Source: an uncultured Clostridia bacterium (GTDB taxonomy: Bacteria; Bacillota; Clostridia; TANB77; CAG-508). Taken from it: a DNA stretch of 64,000 nucleotides. Positions 7,627 through 17,570 of this stretch are shown here, in pieces (the first letter of the stretch is position 1; each line of letters starts with the position of its first letter). Under the pieces are notes generated by a model. The model did no database searches. It had not been told where the DNA came from and worked only from the letters and a program-made list of their open reading frames with translations. The DNA lies in the NCBI GenBank assembly GCA_947628735.1, contig CANRAY010000002.1, positions 35,482 through 99,481 on the forward strand, read 5' to 3'. Position numbers and translations under genes: made by a program.

Positions 7627-10004
7627 TATGCTATTTTTTTCTTACGACGCTTATTTTTTCTAATTTTGTATAATACTTTTCTTGAAATAATATTTGATGT
7701 AACAAATATTATCACTGTTATTAATGACAATATTAATATTAGTATTGAGTAATTAATTGGTATTTCTACATTAAACCAGTCTTTTAAAATTAGGCAACAT
7801 GCTGTAAAGATTCCAACTAATGTTACTAATAATGTTCCTCTTAATAAATTAAATGGTCTTGAAATTTTAATTAATAATAGGAAGCCTGTTAATACAGTTA
7901 ATATTACACTAATACTTGCATATATTTCAGCTGGAAATTGATAATATATATTTAGTACTAACACTATAATAATATTTGTTATAACAGTTATTGATGCCGG
8001 TAGAGATTTACTAATTACATTTCCTATAAAATTGCCTTTCACTCTACTTTTATTTGGCTCTAATGCTAAAATAAAAGATGGTATTCCAATACATACTAAT
8101 GATATTAAACTTAATTGAATTGGCATAAATGGATATGCTATATCTATAAATACAAATAACATTGCTAGTATAAATGAATATACTGTTTTTGATAAGAATA
8201 GAGTTGCAGAACGTTCTAAGTTATTTATGGTTCTTCTACCTTCTGCTACAATCTTTGGCATAGCTTCAAAATTTGAATTTAATAATACTAATTGAGATAC
8301 ATTACGTGCTGCATCACTTCCACTTGCCATTGCAATACTACAATCCGCTTCTTTTAGTGCTATAACGTCATTTACTCCGTCTCCTGTCATTGCAACTGTA
8401 TGTCCTTCATCTTTTAAAGCTGTTACTAGTTGTTTTTTCTGAATAGGAGATACTCTTCCGAATATTTTATATTTTTTACTAGCTTGTCTTATGGCTTCTT
8501 CATCTTCTAATTTTGTACAATCTATATATTTATCATATCCATCTACTCCTGCTCTTTTTGCAATTTTTGAAACAGTTACTGGGTTATCTCCAGATATGAT
8601 GCGAATATCTACACCTTGTTCTTTAAAATATTTTAATGTTTCTTTTGCATTTTCTCTTATCTTATCAGTAATACAAATTAATCCTAATATTTGTATATTA
8701 TCTGGTAATTCATTTTTTTCTTTAAATTTTTGATCACTATGTGTTAATAGAATTATTCTGTAGTCTTCTGCTTGTTTTTTTATTATATCTTCTATTTCTG
8801 ATATTCTATCTTTTAAAATAAATTCTGGTGCTCCTATTATATAGCTTCCTTTTCCTTCAAATTCAATTCCCGACCATTTTTTAGCTGAAGAAAAAGCTAC
8901 TTTGTGAATTGCTTTCCACTTTTTTAATTGTTTTCCTATTCTAAATTCATCTCTAATTGCTTCTATAGTTGAATTTGTATCTTCAGATGCTGATCCTATT
9001 TGCCATAGAATAGCTTTCATTTCCTTTTCACTTGTATTTATTGGAATTATTTTATTTACTTCCATTTTTCCTTCTGTGATTGTTCCTGTTTTGTCTAGAC
9101 ACAATGTATCTACTCTTGCTAAAGTTTCTATACAAAATAATTCTTGTACTAATACTCTACTTTTTGATAGTCTAATTACACTAACTGCTAAAACTGTACT
9201 TGTTAATAATACAAGTCCTTCTGGTATCATTCCTATAATAGCTGCTACTGTGTGAACTACTGCACCTGTTAAGTTTCCTCCATCTAATGTAAATTGATTC
9301 CAGAATAATAATCCTCCTACTGGAATAATAGCAATAGAAACAATTCCAATAATTTTGTTTAGTGATTTCATAATTTCTGATTTAATTTCTTTTATATATC
9401 TAGTTTCTTTTGAAATTTTTGATGTTAAATTTTCTTCTCCTATATGTTCTACTTTTGCAATACACTTTCCGCTAATTACATAGCTCCCTGAAAGAATCAT
9501 ATCTCCCTTTTTCTTAATAATAGGGTCTGCTTCTCCTGTAATAAAAGACTCGTTTACTTCTAATTCTCCTTCTTGTATAACACAATCAGTAATAATTTGG
9601 TTTCCTGTTTTAAATTCTAAAATATCATCTAATACAATATCATTTATACTAATTTCTTCTTTTTTACCATTTCTTATGCTTTGTACCTTTGTACTTGAAA
9701 TAAGAGATAATTTATCAATTATGCGTTTTGAGTGTATTTCTTGAAATGTGCTAATTGCTGTATTAATAACTACTAAAACAATAAATAGCATATTTTTATA
9801 TTCACCCACTGCAAATACTGCTAAGGCTAAACATAAGTTAATAAAATTAAACAATGTAAAAAAATTAGTTGCTATAATTGCTTTAATACTTTTGGTTGGT
9901 ACTGTGGTGTCTTTGTTTACTAGATTTTCCTTTTTTCTTTGTTCAATTTGATCTTCTGTTAATCCTTCTTCTATTTTTGGATGATATCTTGTTACTTTTT
10001 CCAT
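7626..10004 (-). CDS. Cation-transporting P-type ATPase (P2/P3-like E1-E2 ATPase)
   Basis: DKTGTITEG phosphorylation motif, TGES-like actuator motif (ITGEADP), MTGDGVNDVIALKEAD hinge, and about 10 TM segments. Confidence 0.85.
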   Translation of the reverse strand: MEKVTRYHPKIEEGLTEDQIEQRKKENLVNKDTTVPTKSIKAIIATNFFTLFNFINLCLALAVFAVGEYKNMLFIVLVVINTAISTFQEIHSKRIIDKLSLISSTKVQSIRNGKKEEISINDIVLDDILEFKTGNQIITDCVIQEGELEVNESFITGEADPIIKKKGDMILSGSYVISGKCIAKVEHIGEENLTSKISKETRYIKEIKSEIMKSLNKIIGIVSIAIIPVGGLLFWNQFTLDGGNLTGAVVHTVAAIIGMIPEGLVLLTSTVLAVSVIRLSKSRVLVQELFCIETLARVDTLCLDKTGTITEGKMEVNKIIPINTSEKEMKAILWQIGSASEDTNSTIEAIRDEFRIGKQLKKWKAIHKVAFSSAKKWSGIEFEGKGSYIIGAPEFILKDRISEIEDIIKKQAEDYRIILLTHSDQKFKEKNELPDNIQILGLICITDKIRENAKETLKYFKEQGVDIRIISGDNPVTVSKIAKRAGVDGYDKYIDCTKLEDEEAIRQASKKYKIFGRVSPIQKKQLVTALKDEGHTVAMTGDGVNDVIALKEADCSIAMASGSDAARNVSQLVLLNSNFEAMPKIVAEGRRTINNLERSATLFLSKTVYSFILAMLFVFIDIAYPFMPIQLSLISLVCIGIPSFILALEPNKSRVKGNFIGNVISKSLPASITVITNIIIVLVLNIYYQFPAEIYASISVILTVLTGFLLLIKISRPFNLLRGTLLVTLVGIFTACCLILKDWFNVEIPINYSILILILSLITVIIFVTSNIISRKVLYKIRKNKRRKKKIA

Positions 10005-10018
10005 ATTGGCTCCTATTT

Positions 10019-10699
10019 TTATTTTCTTTTCATTTCCTTCATTTTTTCTTTTTTCTCTTTTGATACTCTATTAGATTCTATAATTTTTTGTATTGCTTTA
10101 TTGTATGTAAAATCATCTAATTGATTATTCTGTAGGAATTCTATAGTTTTTTCTTCATATTTTATAAATATCATAGAAATTGCCCAGGCTACTCCCATTT
10201 TTACGTAATATCCTTCATGATGAATATTATTTAATATTTCTAATACTTTGTCTACATATTCATCTGTTAAGTAATAATCCATTAGCATAATAACTGCAAA
10301 ACGAATTTCAAATTCTTTTTCTGATTTTATATATTTTTTAAGATACTTAAACATCTCTTTTAAATTTTTATTTGTAAATTTATATGTAGAAGTACAGCAA
10401 TCACATATTGCCCAATTATTGATTTCAGGCACGAATATATCTAAATATTTTTGTCTCGTTTCTAAATTTGACTTCATGTATCCAATTACCATTCCATATA
10501 ACATAATAGTTTCATAATATTTAGTATTAATTGTTATTAAAAATTTCTCTGGGTTTTCTTTTGCTATTCTTTTTGCCATTTCTCGTAATACTGGTATTCT
10601 AACACCGATAATGTTATCTGTGTTAGGGCATAAACTACTATGAAATTGCTGATATTTCATATCTGATTTTTGAAATAGTTCTTTTATTATTTCATTCAT
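10019..10699 (-). CDS. DNA alkylation repair protein (AlkD/AlkC-like HEAT-repeat fold)
   Basis: About 225 aa, all-helical. The N-terminus (ADMKYQQFHSSLCPNTDNIIGVRIPVLREMAKRI) and the WAICD...MLMDYY pattern resemble the PF08713 family. Recognised from memory only. Confidence 0.55.
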   Translation of the reverse strand: MNEIIKELFQKSDMKYQQFHSSLCPNTDNIIGVRIPVLREMAKRIAKENPEKFLITINTKYYETIMLYGMVIGYMKSNLETRQKYLDIFVPEINNWAICDCCTSTYKFTNKNLKEMFKYLKKYIKSEKEFEIRFAVIMLMDYYLTDEYVDKVLEILNNIHHEGYYVKMGVAWAISMIFIKYEEKTIEFLQNNQLDDFTYNKAIQKIIESNRVSKEKKEKMKEMKRK

Positions 10700-10711
10700 T
10701 TTTTATTTTCC

Positions 10712-11740
10712 TTATATTTCTGTTAAATATTGATTTAATACTTCATCAAAATCTTTTTTTGTATAATTTCTAAAATTTTCTTTAAATCTTTTGTATTCGC
10801 TTTTCCATGATTCATCATTTTTATCTACATTTTCTAAATTGTAATGTTCTTTTAGATACCTACCAAAATATATAGTATGCTTAGTAGCTCCATACACATT
10901 TAAATGTACAAGATCCATATATTCCGATTTTACATCTGATGAAAAATCATTTAATGTATTAAAATTAATTACATCATATCCATATTGTTTTATCATTTCT
11001 ACTTCTGTATTAAGTCTTCTATTAAGTCCAGGCTTATACGGCCTTTGTGGAATAACAAATAATACATTCAATTTATTTTCTTTACAATAATCCAATAATT
11101 CCACAAAATATTTTTTAGTTTCTTCTGGTAATTCTTCTAGTTCATCTATCCATTTATATTCTCTTTGCGGATTTACTCCTATATTAACTTCATTTAATGG
11201 GTAACCTTTATACCACTTTGTTTCATTAAAATTTGTTTCTTCTAACTCTTTCCATCTGTTATGATATAGATTAAAGCTAAAGTAATAATTAATTGCTTCC
11301 TCTTTGCTTACTTGTTTTATCTCTAATAATCTTTTAAGTAAATTTATACGATTTTGATTAAATGGAATAACATCTGTTATTCTTCTAATATCTTCTTCTA
11401 CAAACTCTCCAGTATCATCTGCCATTTTTTCTAAATCTATTATATATAATTTTGGTTCTTGGTATTTTCTTATTTCTTCTAAGATATATGTTGTAGCTGG
11501 AAGCATTTGATCACCTGTGCTTGCTAAACCAGTTTTGTAACCATATAATTCATATGCTAGACTAGTATTAAATGATTGGTATACATTACTTGCTCCTATA
11601 TAAACAACATCTAATGTATTTTTGGGTTCTTCATAAAAATAACTGAATGGATTTTTATCTATCCATAGTATACTTCTTATATATAAGAACAAAATTCCAA
11701 ATATTATTAAAAATACTATTGTTTTTATGAAATTTTTCAT
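10712..11740 (-). CDS. Extracytoplasmic DltD-like/SGNH-like partner of the MBOAT acyltransferase
   Basis: Start preferred at the ATG at 11740 (MKNFIKTIVFLIIF), with AGGAGG 6 nt upstream. Single N-terminal TM, and a C-terminal D..H motif (YMDLVHLNVYGA). It lies immediately downstream of the MBOAT gene, as dltD follows dltB. Confidence 0.45.
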   Translation of the reverse strand: MKNFIKTIVFLIIFGILFLYIRSILWIDKNPFSYFYEEPKNTLDVVYIGASNVYQSFNTSLAYELYGYKTGLASTGDQMLPATTYILEEIRKYQEPKLYIIDLEKMADDTGEFVEEDIRRITDVIPFNQNRINLLKRLLEIKQVSKEEAINYYFSFNLYHNRWKELEETNFNETKWYKGYPLNEVNIGVNPQREYKWIDELEELPEETKKYFVELLDYCKENKLNVLFVIPQRPYKPGLNRRLNTEVEMIKQYGYDVINFNTLNDFSSDVKSEYMDLVHLNVYGATKHTIYFGRYLKEHYNLENVDKNDESWKSEYKRFKENFRNYTKKDFDEVLNQYLTEI

Positions 11741-11753
11741 ATTATGCCTCCTT

Positions 11754-13287
11754 TTAAAATTGTCCATATATAAAAGCTGCTGGATTATATTCTGCTCCAT
11801 AGCATCCAAATATAATCACTGTAAATATTAGGGCATATAGTATTATCCATCTAAACACTATATTTTGTTTTGCTAATTTTTCTCTAACATCTCCTTTTCG
11901 AGATATTAGTTCTACTCCAAATAATATAATTAGTGAAATAATTAAAACATTAAAATCTGCCATTTCTAGATTAGCAGAGTATAGTGAAGTTCCATCAAAT
12001 AGAACCCATGGATTCCATACAAAAATATTTTGTATAATTTGTATTGCATGTATCATATCATCTGCTCTGAAGAAGATCATTGCAAATGAAAATAGTAAAA
12101 ATGTTCTTATTACTTGATATAGCTTATAGCCAAATGTTGTTGTATCTATTTTTAATTTATGATTTACTTTTTCTGCTACTTTTCCTAGTAAGTCTTCTAA
12201 TACAATATAAATAAATTGTAGTATTCCTGAACCTATAATAAATGTATAAGAGCCTCCATGCCATATACCTATAAATAGCCACATTACGAACATTGAAACA
12301 TATAGTGCGATCTTTTTAGCAGCTTTCTTTCCTATTTTTTCTTTGCAATCTTGATATAGTTTTTGTATACTATTTGATTTTTGGAGTGGATAAAATACAT
12401 AATCTCTTAGCCAAGCTCCTAAAGTAATATGCCAACGTCTCCAAAATTCTGTAATAGTTTTTGAGAAAAATGGTAAGTTAAAGTTTTCTGGTAATTTAAT
12501 TCCTAATATTTCTGAAATACCCATAATTATATCAATTGATCCTGAAAAATTTGTATATAATTGCAATGTAAAGAATATCATTGCAACTATTGTAAAGAAT
12601 CCTTGATACCAATTTAAATGACCATATACTGTATCAACAAATATTTCTAATCTTTGTGATATTACTAATATTTTGAATAATCCCCAAAGTATTCTAATTA
12701 AACCATTGCATAATGCTTTATGGTTAAATTTATGTTTTCCATATAAATCATCTTTTATATTTTCATATCTAATAAATGGACCTGATGTTAGAATTGGGAA
12801 ATATGACATAAACAATGCAAATTTAAAAATATTTTTTTGTGGTTTGCATATTCCTCTATAAATATCTACTAGATAGCTGATTATAATTAATGAGTAATAA
12901 CTAATTCCAATTAATGAATTCGGAGGTGGAGTCATTTGAAATTCATATGGGCTATCTGTTATAAATAAAATACCATTAACCGTTTCATTAAATAAATTTA
13001 TATATTTTAAAAAGACTAGTTGTAATATAATAATTCCTATTCCGAATAATTAAAAATATCTTTGCCTTTTTTGTATCTTTATATTTTTCTATTAACCTAC
13101 CAAATATGTAACTTGGAATTAATATGACTAATGCTTGTACAACAGTTTCTATACTAAAATTATCATAAAATAAAAATATAATACTTGATAATAGTAGAAC
13201 ACACCATTGAAACTTTTTTGGAACAATAAAATATATTAATAACGTAATTAGACAAAATATTATAAAAGTATATGATGTTAAAAGCAT
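11754..13287 (-). pseudogene. MBOAT family O-acyltransferase (DltB/AlgI-like), split by one frameshift as assembled
   Basis: The track gives two ORFs, 12988..13287 (N-terminal TM helices) and 11754..12935. The latter carries FWRRWHITLGAWLRDYVFYPL and the conserved His in IGIWHGG. Removing one base near 13042-13044 joins ...KAKIFLII to GIGIIILQLVFLKYINLFNETVNGILFITDSPYEFQMTPPPNSLIGISYY in one frame. Confidence 0.75.
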
Positions 13288-13318
13288 AATAATTGTTTCT
13301 CCTTTACTAATTTCATGT

Positions 13319-14062
13319 TTATATTATATTTCCATTTGTGATTGCTATATTTTGTCCAGTAATACTATTTGCTTTTTCTGATAATAAAAATTGAATAGTA
13401 GGAACAACATCTTCTACTTGTAAATTTGCTCCTGTTGGACTATTGTTGGCATTTTGTTGAATAATTAATTCTGGTATGTCTTTTATAAATTTCGTTTCTA
13501 TTAATGATGGTGAAATACCATTAATTCTAATTCCTTTGTCTGCATACTCGTGTGCTAATGATTTTACAAGCCCTAGTAATGCATATTTTGAAGTAGTATA
13601 ACTAGTAGCATATTTGGGTGGTATATTAGTAGTATATGATGTTAGCATTACTACTATTTTTCCATATTTATTTTTTGACATAATTGGTAGAAATTCATTT
13701 AGAATTAAAACTAATGAACGAAATGCAATGTTATAATCACTTTCAAATTTTTCCCAACTTATTTTAGGAAATTTTATATTTTCATATTTTCCTGCTGGTA
13801 AATGTACAATATGTGTTGGAATTTTACCTATTTTTTTGATGTTTTCTATCATTTTTTCTGTTTCATTTTTATCTTGAAAATTTCCTTCTACTAAAATTAA
13901 TTTATCTGATAATTTTTGTTTTATTTCATTTAATTCTTCAACATCTTTATTATAATGTGCAATTATAAAGTCATATTCTTGGTGAATTTGCATTATTAGT
14001 TTTTTTCCTATATCTGAGGAAGCTCCTGTTACTAATAATATTTTTTCATTCATCTGTGACAC
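13319..14062 (-). CDS. Short-chain dehydrogenase/reductase (3-oxoacyl-ACP reductase-like)
   Basis: TGASSDIGKKL cofactor motif and the catalytic YxxxK (YTTSKYAL). Confidence 0.8.
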   Translation of the reverse strand: MSQMNEKILLVTGASSDIGKKLIMQIHQEYDFIIAHYNKDVEELNEIKQKLSDKLILVEGNFQDKNETEKMIENIKKIGKIPTHIVHLPAGKYENIKFPKISWEKFESDYNIAFRSLVLILNEFLPIMSKNKYGKIVVMLTSYTTNIPPKYATSYTTSKYALLGLVKSLAHEYADKGIRINGISPSLIETKFIKDIPELIIQQNANNSPTGANLQVEDVVPTIQFLLSEKANSITGQNIAITNGNII

Positions 14063-14453
14063 CTACTTTCATTATTCCTCTTGATACTTTTTCATTTTTA
14101 CAATTTCTTATATCAAATTGAATAGTAATTTGTTTAAATTGATCATTTATATCTATTACTTTTCCTGTAATTGTTAATGGGTTATCTTTTATATAAACCG
14201 GTTTCTTAAATAAAATTTCTACACTATGAATAAGTGAATATTTTCCTGGAAGATATACCCCTGCTAAAGTTGATAAAAAAGATGTTGTAAGCATTCCAAA
14301 AACAACATTTTCTTTCTCGTTGTTTTCTCTGTTGTGTCTTGGATTTATGTCTCCTGTTATTTCTCTAAATGCTTTCATTTTTTCTTCCGTAATACAGGCT
14401 TCAAAACTTTCTTCCATACCTATTTTTATATCTTTAAACTTGTATTCGTTCAT
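14046..14453 (-). CDS. MaoC-like (R)-hydratase/dehydratase, hotdog fold
   Basis: 135 aa with the ITGDINPRH hydratase motif. Confidence 0.7.
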   Translation of the reverse strand: MNEYKFKDIKIGMEESFEACITEEKMKAFREITGDINPRHNRENNEKENVVFGMLTTSFLSTLAGVYLPGKYSLIHSVEILFKKPVYIKDNPLTITGKVIDINDQFKQITIQFDIRNCKNEKVSRGIMKVGVTDE

Positions 14454-14456
14454 TTT

Positions 14457-14696
14457 CTATCCTATCCTTGAAATAATAATATCTACCATTTCTCCTACAT
14501 TTTTCATTGTTGTTACTTCTTTCATGTTAAATTTCATGCCAAATTCTTGCTCTACTGCTACTACTAAATTAATATGTTCTAAACTATCCCAATCTTCAAT
14601 ATCTGCAGATGTGGTTTCTGGTTTTACAACTATGCTTTCATCATCAAATACATCTCTAAATACCTTATTTAATCTTTCATATATTTCTTTTTCCAT
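14457..14696 (-). CDS. Acyl carrier protein
   Basis: 79 aa, acidic, with the phosphopantetheine attachment motif DWDSLEHINLV. Confidence 0.8.
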   Translation of the reverse strand: MEKEIYERLNKVFRDVFDDESIVVKPETTSADIEDWDSLEHINLVVAVEQEFGMKFNMKEVTTMKNVGEMVDIIISRIG

Positions 14697-14698
14697 TT

Positions 14699-16480
14699 CT
14701 ATTCCTCCACTTTAATTACATTATTTTTATTTATATATTCATTTGATATATCTAATTTATAAACTTTGTTTCCTTGCTCATCACAAGAAATTTCTTCAAA
14801 TCCTTGTAGATCGTAAAAATTACTTACCATTTTATTTTTTAATGTTGGATAATAATATCCATATATTGTTTTGATATTTTTTTCTTTTGCTTTTTTTACT
14901 AATTCATCCATCATTGCAAATTCCATATCTCTTTTTAAAACTCTACAACTCATTATCCATAAGTCTATATGTAATTCATCTTGATTTTTTATATTACCTA
15001 TTACTACTGATATAACTCCATTATCTCCAAATATGTCTTCTAATTTTCCATATATTTTTATGTAATTATCATCATTATTAACTGCCTCTATATCTGCTAA
15101 AGAATATCTTTTAGTTGTTAAATTAAATTGATTACTTTTATTACTTAATTGTGCTATTCTTTCTAAATATATTGGTTGAAATGATTTTATTTCTGCTTTC
15201 ATTTTTAGAGAAATAAGGTAATCATTATAATTTTCAAAAGTTGCCATCATTTGACTTCTTTTAGCATTGTCTTTGTAAAGTTCATTTTTCTTTAGATCTT
15301 CTTTTGAAAAATTAGTTACTTCAAAGTATGCGTTATGATCAATAATTCTTATATAGTTTTCTGGCACATCTATTTCTGGTACAGCCATTCCTTCTACATA
15401 CGTTTTACATATTTGTCTTTCAGCTGGGTTATCATCTACAAATACAAAGCTGTCTGCTCCTAAATTTAGTTCTTCTGATATATCTTTAATATTAACGTTT
15501 TTAGGATTCCAATTTGCTTTAATAATGATAAAATCGTCTGGCCTTAAAGTACTTGCCGGATGATTTAATCCTGCAATTGCATTTTCATATTCATTTTTAG
15601 AGTTGATATTGAGTATAATACCTAAATTTTTATTTTCTTTTAAATATTTTTGAAACTCACTATATACTTGTCCACTTGGTACTTCTGGTCCGATTTCTAA
15701 ATTTTCTACTCCATCATCTCCTACAATTCCTCCCCATAACGTATTATCCATATCTAAAACAAACGCTTTTTTATTTTTTCCATAAATTGATTTGATTATA
15801 TTTGCTAAGTTAAATGCTAAATATGGTATTGCTGGTACTTCCATAGCATATTTATACATATGCCAATAAAACTGATTGGCCCATTTGTCTAGCCCATAGC
15901 TTGAAGATACATAGTTTATATCATTAATAAAAAAGTTTGGTGTTTCATTCGCATAATCATAGAATTTTTGATTTAATTTTGTAATAAAATTAGTTTTTCC
16001 ATGTGGATCTACTGCATCTTTGTTACCTAATAATCGATAATATGGATATTCGAAATTATTTTGTATAATAGTAGCATTATATTTTGAAAATAATTTTTCC
16101 CATATGTTATGAAATCTTTCATATTCACTATTTAATTTTTCATTAATTTGCTTTGTATCATCATAAATATCAGGATATTGTATTATATTTCTATTAGTTG
16201 TATGTATATATATAATGTCTGGACTAAAATTATTTAATTCTTCATTTCCAAACATAGCATCTTCATAAAATTGATTATATTCAGATTCATAGAAAGTTGG
16301 CTTTATTCCATAGTTTAGTAAAAATATTTCTAACATATTTTTAATTTCACTTGTGGTTGATCCACCTAATATAGCAATATTTTTTTCTAATAAGTTTTGT
16401 TGTAATAATAGCTCTTTTTTTATTTTTTTCTTGTTTTTTATTAAATATTCTACATCAAATGGATATTCTAATTCTTTCAT
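14699..16480 (-). CDS. FkbH-like HAD-IIIC phosphatase/ACP-loading enzyme with a C-terminal GNAT-like domain
   Basis: HAD motif I in FVLDMDNTLWGGIVGDDGVENLEIG, which is the FkbH/TIGR01686-type signature. The 593-aa length is typical of the family. Confidence 0.7.
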   Translation of the reverse strand: MKELEYPFDVEYLIKNKKKIKKELLLQQNLLEKNIAILGGSTTSEIKNMLEIFLLNYGIKPTFYESEYNQFYEDAMFGNEELNNFSPDIIYIHTTNRNIIQYPDIYDDTKQINEKLNSEYERFHNIWEKLFSKYNATIIQNNFEYPYYRLLGNKDAVDPHGKTNFITKLNQKFYDYANETPNFFINDINYVSSSYGLDKWANQFYWHMYKYAMEVPAIPYLAFNLANIIKSIYGKNKKAFVLDMDNTLWGGIVGDDGVENLEIGPEVPSGQVYSEFQKYLKENKNLGIILNINSKNEYENAIAGLNHPASTLRPDDFIIIKANWNPKNVNIKDISEELNLGADSFVFVDDNPAERQICKTYVEGMAVPEIDVPENYIRIIDHNAYFEVTNFSKEDLKKNELYKDNAKRSQMMATFENYNDYLISLKMKAEIKSFQPIYLERIAQLSNKSNQFNLTTKRYSLADIEAVNNDDNYIKIYGKLEDIFGDNGVISVVIGNIKNQDELHIDLWIMSCRVLKRDMEFAMMDELVKKAKEKNIKTIYGYYYPTLKNKMVSNFYDLQGFEEISCDEQGNKVYKLDISNEYINKNNVIKVEE

Positions 16481-16573
16481 AGTTTATCTCCTATATTTTT
16501 GTTGTTTATCTGTCTTATATAATATATACTAATTTCTTTAAAACTACAATATTTTTACTTCAATTGGTCAAAG

Positions 16574-16616
16574 TAAAAACTCAGTACATTTTTTATCTCT
16601 AATAAATGTACTGAGT
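16574..16616 (-). terminator. Rho-independent terminator after spo0A
   Basis: Stem actcagtacat (16579-16589) / atgtactgagt (16606-16616), flanked by A/T runs on both sides. Confidence 0.7.
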
Positions 16617-16641
16617 TTTTATAGATTTTTTCAGTTTTAAT

Positions 16642-17460
16642 TTAAGCTGTTTTTAGTTCAAGTCTTAATTTATCTGCAATCATTGCAATAAATTCACTGT
16701 TTGTAGGTTTGCCTTTACTTGCTGATACAGTATAACCAAAGATACTTTCTACCGTTTCTGTCTGTCCTCTTCCCCAAGCTACTTCAATAGCATGGCGAAT
16801 TGCTCTTTCTACTCTTGATGGTGTTGTTCCATATTTTTGTGCAATATCTGGATATAATTGTTTTGTTATTTGATTAATTACTTCTATATTATTTACTACC
16901 ATTATAATTGCTTCTCTTAAATATTGGTATCCTTTAATGTGTGCTGGTACTCCGACTTCATGGATGATATTTGTTACAAGTGCTTCTATGTTTTCTTCAT
17001 TTTTTTTACTTTCTGGGGATATATCTATGTATTGTGCTTTGATTTCTCTATTTATAAAACTGGTTTTGTATTGTGATGGTTGGAAATATCTTATTTCTTT
17101 CATTCTTCTAATTAATACACTAATATCAAATGGTTTTACAATGTAGTATTGAGCTCCTAGTGAAATGGCTTTTTGTGTAATTTTGTCTTGTCCTACTGCT
17201 GATATTATTATACACATTGGTTTCTTTTCTAGGTCTGATTCATTTAGTTTTTCTAGAACTCCTAATCCGTCTAAATGTGGCATAATAATGTCTAATAAAA
17301 CAACGTCTGGTTTTGTAGCAATAATTTGATCATAAGCTTCATTTCCATCTTTCGCAACAGAAACTACCTCCATTTCATCTTCTTTTTCTAAGTAATTCAT
17401 TAATGTTCCTGCAAATTCTGGATTATCGTCTGCTACTAAAACACGTATTTTCTCATTCAC
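16642..17460 (-). CDS. spo0A: Sporulation master regulator Spo0A
   Basis: CheY-like receiver ([10 protein letters not shown]...[14 protein letters not shown]) plus the Spo0A-specific C-terminal domain ([12 protein letters not shown]...[15 protein letters not shown]...[10 protein letters not shown]). GTG start with a GGGGGA SD. Confidence 0.95.
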   Translation of the reverse strand: MNEKIRVLVADDNPEFAGTLMNYLEKEDEMEVVSVAKDGNEAYDQIIATKPDVVLLDIIMPHLDGLGVLEKLNESDLEKKPMCIIISAVGQDKITQKAISLGAQYYIVKPFDISVLIRRMKEIRYFQPSQYKTSFINREIKAQYIDISPESKKNEENIEALVTNIIHEVGVPAHIKGYQYLREAIIMVVNNIEVINQITKQLYPDIAQKYGTTPSRVERAIRHAIEVAWGRGQTETVESIFGYTVSASKGKPTNSEFIAMIADKLRLELKTA

Positions 17461-17508
17461 TTTTTCTTTCCCCCTAACTCATATTTTTGTAAAAATTTTA
17501 CAGTTACG

Positions 17509-17537
17509 ATTATACATTTATTTCCATTTTTTTGCAA
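17509..17537 (-). promoter_or_regulatory. Candidate sigma-A promoter for spo0A (TTGCAA-17-TGnTATAAT)
   Basis: On the minus strand, TTGCAA (17532-17537), a 17-nt spacer, then TATAAT (17509-17514) preceded by TG. It lies about 45 nt upstream of the GTG start. Confidence 0.4.
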
Positions 17538-17570
17538 TAGTTTTCTTTATTTTTTTCAAATTTTTTCCAG

